Both the position numbers and the translations under genes were made by a program. 64,000 bases of DNA. Source: Vitrella brassicaformis CCMP3155. Taxonomy: Eukaryota; Protista; Chromerida. The notes under the pieces are model-generated. The model made no database searches. It worked only from the letters and a program-made list of their open reading frames with translations, and had not been told where the DNA came from. The first letter of the stretch is position 1. Every line of letters starts with the position of its first letter. Below are positions 1 through 11,704 of this stretch, piece after piece. The stretch spans positions 18,511 to 82,510 of the forward strand of contig CDMY01000417.1 in NCBI GenBank assembly GCA_001179505.1, given 5' to 3'.

Positions 1-1496
1 GTCCCTTGTCGATAGCAACCTCTATGTGGGCAGGGAGGCGGCCAGGCCAACGTATGCATGTGTGCACAAGGGCCGTGTGTGTGCATGCATGTCCGTCTGT
101 CTGTCTGTCTGTCTGTGGATTGAGGTTTTGCTGGCTGTCGGCGTGTCTGCGTGTGTATGTGTGCATGGATGTGTCTGGCCGTGGGATGGGTGGTTGAGCA
201 GCGCTCGTGTGATGGACGGGGTGACCGATGGGATGTGATGCATGTCCCCGCACTGCTACATATATAGTGGGAGAACGTGCGATGCATTGCATGCATTCAT
301 TCATCTGAGGGAAGTGTGTCTCGCTGTGTCTATTGTATCTGCGTGTGGCTCTGTGTCTGTGTGCAAATGTGGGGGTGAATTCGCTGGCTGAGAAAATGCA
401 GTGACCCTGGGGAAGAGAGATAGAGAGGGACAGAGGGAGCGGTCGGCACACCCACGCTTTTTGCCCCTTCGTGTGGTGCTTGCTCCTTACTCCTTATCCG
501 TCCCCTCACTGCCGTTTGCCCGATGCATGCCATGCATGTCAGTATCTGTCCGTCCACGAATGGCACCATCGTAACACCTGACTGACTGCTGGCTGGATGC
601 ATCGCTGCCGGCTCTGGCTCAGCTGCCGGCACTTGTCGATAATCGGATATGATTCATCATCTTGCCCTCGTTCGCCCCCACTGTGTCTGTCTGATGGGTG
701 TCTCATGCGTGAGTGCGCTGGTATTTATGTGCCTTCTGACATCAAGAAGGGAGAGATACATGGATGTGTCATGATGTGTGTCGTGTGAGTCGTGCGTGTG
801 GGGCTCTGCGGTCGTTCGATCATGTGAACCCCTCTATTTATGGCTGTGACAGTCTGGCTGTGGGCTGGGCTATGGGGAGGACCAGGCCCATCGCTCTCAT
901 TTTCTGCCTGCCTGCCTGCCTGGAGGTTTTGCCAACACCTACGTCCCTATCTGTTGTGTTTCTCGTCCTGCCTCTGTGTGTACATAAGTTTCCCGCGCCC
1001 TTTTTGGTCAAGCGTCCCTCCCTCTGTCCCATTCTCTGCCTCCCGTCTACTCTGTGTCGAAATTTCTGACAACCCTTGTATGTGTGTGTATGTGTCCGTT
1101 CGTGTGCTAGGGGCGGATTGGGAGGGGGAGGTAATTCAGTCAGCGGACTTGTCAATCAATTAATCGGTCAGACATACAGACACTGACGTGTGCCTACATG
1201 TGTGTGTGTGTTTATAAATAAATGAATGTGCATGGCTGCAGCCACTCTTCCCACCAAAAATACTCATCACGCCGGGCGAGAATTTGAGAGACAAACCCAC
1301 AAACCCTAACGCGTCTCGTCTTTTTTCAAAATCCCTGAGAACACACCGCCACGCAGCGCATAAGAGCAGCAGCAGCTCCAGCAGCTCCCAGCAGCAGCAG
1401 CAGCAGCAACCAACAGCAGCAACACCCGTCGGCACTGTTTAGGCGTCGCAGCTGTCCCCTGGACGCCCGGTGTCTTTGATAAGTATCGCCAGCGGC

Positions 1497-2200
1497 ATGT
1501 TCTTGTTCCGCCGCGACCTGGAGACCGCCCCTAGCTGGTCCGATTCCCTGCCGCAAGGGCCCATCAGACGACCCCGAGGCCCTTCGGCAGGACGCCGCCA
1601 GCTGCGAGATGGCCGTCACGCCACTGCACGAGGAGCTGGGCTTCGTCGACTTCGGCGGCACTAGGGCCCGCAGGGCGGCAAAGAAGCAGCAGAAGCGCCA
1701 GGCCTGTAAGTCGACTCCACACGTGTTCACGTTCATGTCGAGTCAGGACCGTCAGCGATCAGAAGAGCCACGGGTCGGATTGTGTGAACGAAAGAAAGGG
1801 CTGTGTGTTTCGTACGCAGGAATTCGCCTCGGATGGTGGACTGCTGCGGCAGGCGCCCTTCAGTGGCGTCTAGGAGGAGGGAGGGTGCTGCATGCTCGGC
1901 GAGGAGGCCACAGACGGTGACTGGGCCATCACCGACCCGCCTCCCACAGCCCCTCAGCACACCACCATCGTCGCACCCGCCGCCCAGGACACCACGGCCG
2001 AGCAGGCCACCACGGCCGACCACCAGGAGGGTGAGGAGGGAGGCGGCGTGAGCACTGAGTCGGCGGCCGAGACGGAGGAGGAGGGCAAGACGGCCGAGGG
2101 AGCCATCGAGGCGGGCGGGCCTTCGCCTGCTGGGTCGCCACTCGAGGATGCCATCGGGGGCGCCAGCGACTCGGACGAGGCCGCCGCCAACATCACCACC
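1497..2200 (+). pseudogene. N-terminal module of the modular family (MFLFRRDLET...MAVTPLHEELGFVDFGG...MLGEEATDGDW + acidic linker), disrupted
   Basis: Same peptide as at 36741- and 63682-. This copy has a frameshift after ETAP, an inserted intron-like segment at ~1703-1840 that also occurs at ~61480-61590, and an in-frame TAG at 1871. Confidence 0.75.
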
Positions 2201-2253
2201 GATATGTGTGTCTGTCTCTGTGTGTGTGGGTGTGTGTGTGTGCGTGTGATGTA

Positions 2254-3085
2254 GGACATCGGGAAGATTCTGATACCGGTGTGTGAGGCACTTCTCGCTG
2301 AAGCTCGTGCCCATCGGGGTGAGTGGCACTCTCGGCAGAGACTGCCCTGTCGTGGAGGAGCTGCAGGTGTGGTACACATACAGAATCTAAAGGAGGGAAA
2401 AGCTGCATCAGTGGTGCTGTTCTCTGCTGTGCTGGGGAGTAGGTGCGTGAGTTGATAGAGGCGGACATCGCTGAGAAGTACAAGTGCAAGGGCGTGGAGC
2501 TCGGGCCTCAGAACCACAAAGAACACAAGGTCAGCGAGAGAGAGAGGGACAGAAAGGAAGATGGGATGCGACTGCATGGAACGGTCGACTGGTGCGCATC
2601 AGACGCTGGAGGATGCCAAGGCGGCGTGGAAGGACAAAAACTGGATCACGACGACATTCGCACGGTCAGCGCCGAACAGTCAGCACACGCTGGGGATGAT
2701 GTCTGTCAATTGTTGCTCCGTGGTGTGTGATGATCTGTTGGGTTCAGACTGGCATATGTCAGAACGGCCCATCAAGCCGCCCCTCCCCCCCCGCCCACAC
2801 GTGGCGCGTCCTGCCCCCATACGCGAGGTGCCCGCCACGGAGAGGGTGGGCAGCGTGGCCATCAAGTCGGCCAAGACGGAGAGGGCGTGGCAGAAGCTGC
2901 AGAAATAGATCGTCTACAACTGGTTCCTCACCCACAGGGCCTGCTCCTTCAAGTGGCGGCAGGAGGCCATCCACAAGGGCATCAAGGAGGTGTGGGGCGT
3001 CGAGTTCCCACCCTACCAGCCCACAGACGAGGTGGAGAAGATGTTCTTTGGCCATTCGTTTAGTCGCAAGAACAAGGCCCTGTGA
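2254..3085 (+). pseudogene. Trp-rich unknown domain, copy 1 (DIGKIL...AIKSAKTERAWQKLQK*IVYNWFLTH...GHSFSRKNKAL), disrupted
   Basis: Homologous to 59160-60430 (-). It carries a TAG at 2906, a 45-nt deletion at ~2834 and frameshifts relative to that copy. Confidence 0.75.
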
Positions 3086-3204
3086 GTGAGTGAGCGGGTG
3101 GGTGAAGTGCCTGGACGGCTGTGAACGGACAAGAGCTCGAGAAGAAAACCAAGAGGTTGCTGGCCATATGGCTGTGTGTCGCATCTTGTCATGGTGGCTT
3201 GCAG

Positions 3205-3890
3205 GCTGAGGGATTGCTGCCTACATTTTATATCATGGCTGTCTTGTTTCGCATAGGATGCAGCGCACACGGGTGAGACATGAAGAGAATCACGGAGACA
3301 CGAACAAACTACAGAGTGGAGCATTATATGTTTGTGTTTTGAAGTGGGGCGTGTGGAGCGGCGACCAACACCGACAGCGGAGAGGAGGAGGGCAAGGCCA
3401 AGGAGGAGGCCAAGGAGGAGCAGCCGATGCTGGACAAGGACGGCGATCCCATCAAGATCGACTTCAACGCCTTCGCCAGACACTTGACGAAGAAGTACGA
3501 GCTCTACGTGCTGCCCTACGCCCACTTCCCCCTGCCCCCGCCCACACGTGACACGTGCTGCCTCCCTTCGACGGCTAGCAGAAGGGCAGCAGCACTGTGG
3601 TGACGTCGCACATGGTCCTCACGGGCGACAAGGAGATGGTGGGGCAGGCGGCCATCAAGTGGGCCATGACGCCGAAGGCTTGGGAGGGGCTCAAGAAAGA
3701 GATCATATACAACTGGTTCCTCACCCACGAGGCCTGCTCCCAGCCGTGGCGGCAGGAGGCCATCCTCAAGGCCATCAAGGAGCAGTGGGGAGTGGACTAC
3801 CCGCCCTACGAGCCCACAGACGAGCTGGAGAAGATGTTCCACGGCTATTCGTTCAGCCGCAAGAACACTGCCTCGAGTGCGAGTGACTGA
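3205..3890 (+). pseudogene. Constant unit + Trp-rich domain copy 2 (PMLDKDGDP...KEIIYNWFLTHEACSQPWRQEA...YSFSRKN), disrupted
   Basis: Small exon LLPTFYIMAVLFRIGCSAHG, GT-AG intron 3273-3344, stops at 3549 and 3576. Homologous to 58381-59040 (-). Confidence 0.7.
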
Positions 3891-4353
3891 GTGAGGTGGC
3901 CGCCGAGGGGTGGTAGTAGTGGTGTGTGGTGGTGGCGGTGGTAGTGGGCGGCGGGCTGTTGACGATATGATTGAGGCCAGATCATCTGGCGACTTGTCGT
4001 GCGTGTGAACGTGTGGATGCTGCAGCGGTGAACGGACAAGAGGTAAGAGAAGCTCGAGAATGAAACCAAGAGGTCGCCGACCATAGGCTGTGTGTCTCAT
4101 CTTGTCATGGTGGCTTGCAGGCTGAGGGATTGCTGTCTACATTTTATATCATGTTGTCTTTCTTTCACGGGTGAGACACGAACAGAAGGTCTATTTCTGA
4201 GCAAGAGAATTTCTCTTGACGTCGTATGAAGACACAACTTCATTGGTCAACACGCAGAGGGCAGCATAAAGGGGGCCAGCTGTGTCTCAATGAGACTTCA
4301 TTATAAAGACACACCTCTCAAACTACCCGATAAATCCAAAGGCTGGAGAATTC

Positions 4354-5491
4354 CTACTGCATGACCCCGACATATGTCTCGCCTCGACTGCCGCTGTCCT
4401 TGGCAGGGGGCTGGGTGAAGTCCACAAGGTCGGTGGCCTTCACCAGGTCGGGCACATAGACATCAAACAAAAACACTGGAGGGACACACGCACGCACGCA
4501 GGCAAAATGAATGTCGCATCTAGACAGCCGGGCGGGAAGCCTACCTGTGCGGGCGCTTTTGACGGTGAAGGGCTCAGACTGCAGTGAGAAAGGCCGCCAG
4601 TGCCCATTCTCGATGTCGGCATTCTCGTGGCACTCGGATGTGTGAGATGTGCAGTGGTCGTCGGTGATCAACGCATACTTGTACCCGGGGGCCTGGCCGC
4701 CTCTGACTCTCTCTGGAAACAGGTTGGTACGGATGAACTTGTGCACGAGTCGGTTCGACAAGTGCTGCAAGACGTCCTTGGCAATGAGCAGGTCGGCAGA
4801 TGGAAGGGGCTCCGTCAGGCTGCCCACATGAAACCGAATGCTGTCCGAGCCGTATCTCTGCTGGTTTTTCCTGACAACGTCCTTCACCACATCGATGCCC
4901 GTATAGTCGACGTGCAGGTCAGCCCATGGGATGAGCCGCGAGAAGAGCCAGTCGCCACACGCGGCGTCGACCACTGAGGTGATCTGGTGGTCCTTGATAA
5001 ACTGAATGAGGAACGCGCGATAGCCGACTGTCTGCTCGGGGAGAGAGCCGCCGCCCGAGGTGCCCTCGCCCTCCGCATTCTTGCCCCAGTGGCCCGTCTC
5101 GTAGATGGTGCCAAACTTGCCGCCCAGGCCCGATATCTCCTCAGTAATTGTCGCAGGCTCACCGGCGCCGCTGTCAGTGCCGTTTTCCTGACCATGAGCG
5201 CTCAGATGGCCTGAAGATGGATCGCATGACAACGAAGGGACAGACATCTGGCCAGCCCCGCAGTGGCATGCCCTCACCTGCTCGAAAGTGTCGGCTCTTT
5301 GTGCGCCTTGCCTTTCTCCGCATTCTCTTCCATGCAGACGGCTTCATCTCCTGTAGTGACTGGTGTGTCTCGGGACTGTTTCCAAGAAAGGGCGCCGGCG
5401 ACCGGTACCGGTGTGGTGAGCGGCCCCCCCGCACGTTGGCGGCTAGAGTCGCAGACAAGAGGCTCAGCCAGAGACACCCCAGCCCCACCAT
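4354..5491 (-). CDS. Class I SAM-dependent methyltransferase with N-terminal signal peptide (spliced)
   Basis: Motifs FGTIYETGHWG...GTSGGGS, SVVDAACGDW (motif I), YTGIDVV and ADLLIAKDVLQHL. Exon 1 (MVGLGCLWLSLLSATLAA...RHFRAG) splices in frame across intron ~5215-5278. The 3' end is uncertain. Confidence 0.8.
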
Positions 5492-6134
5492 GGGGCCTTT
5501 GACCCTCGTCGATGCAGTTTACACAGTGAAGTGGGAACTCAAGCTAGTAGAGGCTGCCGACGATAGGTGCAGCACTGCTGAATGTCTCAGGCAAGAGAGA
5601 AAAGACGGAGGGAACCGAGTTGAGACGGCCTCAAGCTCGCGGTGGTGATGGTACCGAAGGGATGGCGGACAAGGCAGGATACGACACCTTGTGTGCTGTG
5701 GTCTGTAGCATTTGACTTGGCACCGTTGTGAGTGTCTATCGTGCAGCCCTACTAGCGGTGAAGCAACGCAGGCAGACACTCTTCATGCACTGGGCAGACT
5801 CTGTCCCCATTCACCGAGAGAGCAGCTACACGGCCTCCTCCATCCAGTCCAAACCAGTAGCTGAGGCGCCCGGCTGTCTGTGCCGTCCGTCATGTCATCT
5901 ATGTATCTACAAGCTGTCTACCTACCTCCTGTACGTACATACATGTGAGATCTCTATCTATCCGCTGCCCTGCCTGTGTATGGTGGCAAGTGTGACGGCC
6001 AGTATAAGAACCGGCAGCACGCATGCTACTATGAATAACGCACACATCAGACTCTCCTGCAGTGCACACACGCACATCACATGCGAATGAACACACGATG
6101 ACTAACCGCCCCTCAAGAGTGTTCGTGTGCCTAT

Positions 6135-7554
6135 CTATTGCCCTCGTCTCACCTTGATTTTCAGCTCTGGCAGCTGCATCCCGACCCTTTCCGCATTGCC
6201 CTTGTCATCGCACAACGGCCCATTCTCTCGCCTGTCGCTATCTCCCCCGCCGCCACACTTGGGACTCAATGAAGGCGTCATGGCCCCGCCCCCACCTTTG
6301 TCGGCATGGGGGTGCCTGGCGCGAAGGTGGGGGAAGGGCATGGGCGATCTTGCGGACGGTGACGGGGCGGCGGCACTATCCATGGCTGACTCGGGGCTGG
6401 CTGGGCCCGCTGGGCCGCCCCTGGTGTCACGCATCATGTGGTATTGCTCGATCTCTGCCCAATACTCTCGGTAGTCGGTGTACTTCTTGTTGGAACCTGC
6501 AGGCACAGATGCACATGGACACACACTGGGGCGTCAGATCCACGGGCGCGGGGTGAAGTGGTGTCCCGGCAGTGTAGTGGGTGCGATGCGATGTCACCTT
6601 TGACGCGTGCTGCTGGGTATTTCTTTTCATTCTTGGCGATTTTCTCGAAGAGCGCCTCTCCCAGATCGATGCCGCACCTGCATGACACACGCATACAGGC
6701 TTCCACGCAAGGCTTCCTCGCGTCTTTGCGTGAATGAGTTACCTACCTGTCGGCCAGCCTGATGAGGTAGGCAGCCACGTCGGCGAGCTCTTCCCGCACC
6801 ATCTGCCGCTTGTCAGCCGCAAAACCAGGCAAACCTGCTCCACACAAACACGCCACGCCACGTGCGGGGGCTCATATCACATTGATCAGATGGTGTGTGC
6901 AGTGTATGTGTGTGTGCCTGTAAGTACCTGGGGCGGCTTCGCCTTCGGTGCGCCACTGAAAGAGCTCTGAAAGCAGACAGACAGAAGAGTGTGCATGGCC
7001 ATCCATGTATGGCCATGTGTGTTCACCCATCCCATCCACCAACACACGTACTGTACCTGCCAGCTCGCCTACTTCGCCGACTAAGGCAAGCACCAAATTG
7101 CGGGGGGAATGATACCTGCACGCACAGAAAGGACACAGACAAAGAGGGGGAAACACAGCAGGGAAACCATTCACACTGACTGCCTGCCCTTCTCAGCTGA
7201 GGTGTTCCATCCATACTGGTTCCAGTCCCTCTCATGTGCAAAGGAACTCAGCCTCTCCCTGGCCTCCTCAAAGGTCACACCAGACCACTCGCGGCCCACA
7301 TGACGCGTCAGCCGCTGCTCGAGCTTCAGCGAAGGGCTCTCGCTCTCAGCCGCCCCCTTGCCGTGGGTGTCCTCGCCCGTGACGTGTGTGGCTGTGGCGT
7401 GGCTGGAGAAGACGCGTGACGTGGCTCTGGATGAGAGGTCTGCGTCCTGGAGGTCTCTGAGACTGTGGGAGGCTGCTGTCGTGTTGGTGTCGATGTGATG
7501 GGTGGTATCGGTGCTTGGCGGGTCTATACATAGGCCGTCGTCGTCAGAATCCAT
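6135..7554 (-). CDS. DCTPP1: dCTP pyrophosphatase 1 (MazG-like NTP pyrophosphohydrolase), 6 exons
   Basis: Spliced product ...FAHERDWNQYHSPRNLVLALVGEVGELAELFQW...EELADVAAYLIRLADRCGIDLGEALFEKIAKNEKKYPA...KGSNKKYTDY, with consistent intron phases. The start codon is tentative. Confidence 0.9.
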
Positions 7555-7737
7555 TGTTTCTCTTTCTCCTGAGAAGGGTCGAGTGCGAGCTCACATTTGT
7601 GCGCCTCCTGAGCCCCCGCCTGCATAGATCCGAGAGAGATCTGATCAGCAGATCCATTCATATATCTGCCGCTGCCGCACCAGTCAGCAACTCTCCCTCC
7701 CGCACCAGTCAGTGCCAGCCAGGTCGGTCCTACCGCG

Positions 7738-9590
7738 ATGAACGTGGCTGTGGACGAGTTCGGCAACCCCTTCATCATACTCAAGGAGCAGGAACAAAAG
7801 AAGAGACTTAAAGGTAGGTGACATCGCACACTCACAGACGCTCACATGCACTTGCAGACACATGTGCGCATCTATCTGCCTTCATAAGAGCATCCATCTG
7901 TCTGCAGGTCTCGAGGCGCACAAGGCCAACATCTTGGCAGCCAGGACGGTGGCCGACACGCTGCGGACGTCGCTGGGTCCCAAGGGGATGGACAAGATCA
8001 TCGTCAGCCCTGACGGAGATGTCGTCATCACCAACGACGGCGCAACCATACTCGAACGCATGCAGGTCAGTCAGTCACCTGAGCGGCCGGCCGGCTACAT
8101 CACATCCATCTGTGCGTGCGTGCGTGTCAAGGGCACACACAGGCGTGTGTGCGTGTGTATGTGTGTGTGGGCATGTGTTGTTTGTGTAGGTTGAGCACCA
8201 GACGGCCAAGCTGTTGGTTGAGTTGTCCAAGAGTCAGGATGCGGAGGTGGGCGACGGCACCACGGGAGTGGTCATACTCGCCGGAGCCATGCTCGACCAG
8301 GCCAGCAGGCTGCTCGACAAGGTAGGTACTTGACAGACAGACACCATCACGCCACACGGAGAGAATACACTCACTCACACATGAACGAACGAATGTGTGT
8401 TTATGTCTGTCTGTGGGATGTGGTGTGTGGCTGACCTGACAGGGTTTGCACCCTCTCCGTGTGGCGGACGGCTTCGAGCATGCCTGTCAGGTGGCGACGC
8501 AGCGGCTGGAGGACATCGCCATCAAACGCGACATACACGCCAACGACAACGAGGCACTGTAAGCCACACACAACACACTCACCTCACCCACCCCACCCAC
8601 ACAGCACATACAGACGCACGGCTGGCTATGTGCTGTCTGGATCGGATGGATCCATGTAATGTGTGCCATCAGTGTGCGGGCGGCCGTGACGGCGTTGGGC
8701 AGCAAGGTGGTCAGCAGCAGACAGAAACAGCTCGCCGGTACGGACAATCGGCAATCGAACAGACAAGCCGGGAGGGGATGATGCCACGCATGGGATGAGT
8801 GTGGTGGTCTTCTGGTGTGTGTCTACGGGTCAGAGGTTGCTGTGAAGGCCGTCTTGTCGGTTGCCGATCTGGAGAGGCGAGACGTCAACTTCGACCTCAT
8901 CAAGGTATCTCACTCACACGTGGAAGTGTCCGTGTGTCATTCGTGTGTGTGTGTGTGCACACGCGTGTGTGTGCTATCCTATCGGATAGGTGGAGGGCAA
9001 AGCCGGCGGCAAGCTCGAAGACACGTGCCTCATCAACGGTGGCGCACACACACGACGCATCTTAGATAGACACTCATGGATGTGTGTGGTGTGTGCAGGT
9101 ATAGTAGTGGACAAGGACATCAGCCACTCCCAGATGCCCAAGGTGACCAGGGACGCCAAGCTCTGCATACTCACCTGCCCCTTCGAGCCGCCCAAACCCA
9201 AAACCAAACACAAACTAGACATCAAGACTGCAGAGGACTACAAGAAACTGCAAGTGAGCAGAACAAATAGTGTCGCAACGCAATCCTCACTCTCACACCC
9301 ACATTGTGTTCCTGTGCCTGTGTTGGGTGTGTCTTGTGTGTAGGCGGCCGAGCAGCAGTACTTCGTCGATATGGTCGATTCCGTGCAGAAGTGCGGGGCC
9401 AACTTCGTAAGCTGCCGCATACAGACGACAGACAGGCGGGGCGAGAGGCATAGACGATCTGGACGATCTCCCTCCCCCTTGTGTGCAGGTGATCTGCCAG
9501 TGGGGTTTCGATGACGAGGCCAACCACCTGCTCATGCAGCGAGGTGAGCAAGGGAAAGTGGAGTGGACAGACAGGTGGGCTCGGGATCGC

Positions 9591-9621
<31 letters not shown>

Positions 9622-11022
9622 GTGTGTGCAGGTTTGCCTGCCGTGCGTTGGGTAGGAGGTGTGGAGCTGGAACTCATCGCCATCGCTACTGGTACACACA
9701 CACACACATATACATAAGATATCACGTGTGTGGATCTATCTATCCCGTGTATGTCGGTTTGTCTGTCTGCGTTTCTTGAGCAGGTGGCCGCATCGTGCCG
9801 CGTTTCTCCGAGTTGTCGCCCGACAAGCTGGGCCGCGCTGGGTGCATCCGGGAGGTCTCCTTCGGCACTGAGAAGGACGTCATGCTCGTCATCGAAGGTA
9901 GGTATGATGCGAATCAAGTGTATGTCGATCCGCATTTCTCTGTCTCTGTGTTGTGTTGTGTAGATTGCGCCAATTCCAAGGCCGTGACGATCCTCGTGCG
10001 TGGCGGAAACGTCATGGTGGTCAAGGAGGCCGAGCGATGCATCCACGATGCCCTCTGCTGTGTCAGGTGAGATGAATCAAGGACACGCACACACACACAG
10101 ACAGACAAGGTCCATCCATCCATCCATCCATGTGTGTGTGCTGTGTATGTGAAGGAATCTGATTCGCGACGACCGCATCGTCGCTGGCGGTGGTGCCGCT
10201 GAGGTCGCTGGCGCTGCTGCCGTAGAAGAGGCCGCTGACCAAGTGAGTGTCGCACTCACTAAGAGCACACCCTGTGCTGAGACGCGTACCCCGCCTCTCC
10301 TCTCCCTCTGTGCGTGTCAGGTTCGTTCGGTGGAGCACTATGCTGTGCGTGCATTTGCGGATGCGCTGCTGGCACTGCCCGAAGCACTGGCCGAGAACTC
10401 GGGACTCAGGTATGTGCACTGCACTGCACGCCGCACAGCACCCCAAACGCAGTCAGTCTACGGCAGTCTGTCTTGTCTCTCTCTCATCTGCGTGTGTGTG
10501 TGTGTGTGTGTATGTGTGATGATGTGCCCATCCAATTGTCATTCATGTCAGCCCGATATCGACTGTTGCTGCGGTGAAGGCGCGTCAGCTCAAGAGCAAC
10601 AACCCAAACCTGGGAATCAACTGCATGGTGTGTGTGTGGGCGGGTGCGGTGTGCATGGCCGTCCGTCCATAACACCGCACACAGACACACACCCAGATGA
10701 ACGGAATGATGTGGTGGATGATGATCTGTGTCTGTGTGGGACGTGCCGTGCGGTGCAGGGTGTGGTCAAGTGTGAGGACGACTTGGCTGTGGACATGGTG
10801 GATGAGAGCATCTACGAGGCACTCGTGTCCAAGAAACACCAGCTGCAGCTCGCCACTCAGGTAAGTAAGGTGCCCCCACACACACATGATCAATCAACGG
10901 ATGGATGGATGGATGGGTATCATTCTGTCCGCCTGTGTGTGTTATGTTGGTACTCACAGGTTGTCAAGATGATTTTAAAGATTGACGACGTGATTGCGCC
11001 CAGCGAGCTGCACCAGCAGTGA
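7738..11022 (+). CDS. CCT5: T-complex protein 1 subunit epsilon (chaperonin CCT5), about 17 introns
   Basis: [78 protein letters not shown], and terminal [12 protein letters not shown]. Intron phases are consistent throughout. Confidence 0.97.
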
Positions 11023-11704
11023 GTGAGTGTCATCCTAGCCCTGACTGAATCGCACCGCGCCGCACCCAACCAGCCTTTAGCTACCTTACCTGCATGGCCC
11101 ATGATTGAATAAATGGATGGTTCGCACCGTACCCAGAGAAGAGCTTTTTCCGTTGTGCTTAGTTGAATCGACGACCAGACACTAGAGAGAATAGATAGGC
11201 ATCATGTGTGTGATCAATCGCATCCATTTCCGGACGGACTCTTGAGACCGATCGCACTCACAACAGTGCTGTGAAATGAATTCCCGGGTCACTCATTGTC
11301 CGTCCGTCCATCCACGCAGGCACCTTAAAGCTTGCATTCGCAAGACTGACGGGCACCCACAGCTGAGAGACCGATGATCGGCAGGGCAGGGCAGGAAGGC
11401 ACGCACTTACGGAGGACACACGACACGTCACCTTCAAGCAGGTGCGATGGCGCGAAAAATCCTCCCTCCCTCCCTCCCTCTCTGGCTAAGTCATGCGCAC
11501 ATACACGCACGTATCGGGATCTGCCACCGTTCTCCCCCCCTCCGTCTTGTCGACCGTTGGTTGCGCAAAAGACAAATAGTGCAATCACACCAATGAAGGA
11601 GAGAGACAACTGCGTTGTCTTGTCCGGGCGGAGCGGCTCTCTCGCGTCGTCAGTGAGTGAGTAACCCCAGCCCGCCCTCCCTCCCTCTCTCTCTCTCCTC
11701 TCCA

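Larger units (their letters stand above)
1274..4185 (+). repeat. Mosaic locus L of an unknown modular gene family; inverted homolog of parts of 57287-63876
   Basis: The leader from gggcgagaattt (1274) matches the reverse complement ending at 63876. Segment 2254-4185 matches 57990-60430 on the minus strand with the same module order. Confidence 0.9.

Noticed and set aside
82-295. TGCATGCA motifs (a known ApiAP2 binding site) at 82, 288 and elsewhere
   Set aside because: ATGC/TGCA-type simple repeats are abundant in introns and spacers here, and I see no positional enrichment at promoters.
1-1250. Many short ORFs rich in C/V/H/T here and across introns and spacers (also 51470-53350)
   Set aside because: They are translations of (GT)n, (CA)n, (GACA)n and (CATC)n microsatellites with no coding bias.
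1301-1309. Telomere-like AAACCCTAA (AAACCCTAG in the 63836-63844 copy) in the family leader
   Set aside because: It is a single unit with no array and is not conserved in the third leader, so it does not support a telomeric or telo-box claim.
1871-3578. In-frame TAG at Glu-aligned positions (1871, 2906, probably 3576) and TGA at a Trp position (3549) in locus L, mimicking a UAG=Glu/UGA=Trp code
   Set aside because: Housekeeping genes in this window end in TAG (secernin, cyclin) and TGA (CCT5, HCF136, NOL6) and show no internal stops. Locus L also has frameshifts. Single-base nonsense mutations in a pseudogene explain it.
3100-4185. Recurring CTGCCTACATTTTATATCATG core considered as a CRISPR-like repeat
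   Set aside because: Spacing is irregular (hundreds of bp to kb), the core is embedded in longer homologous blocks, there are no cas genes, and the context is eukaryotic.
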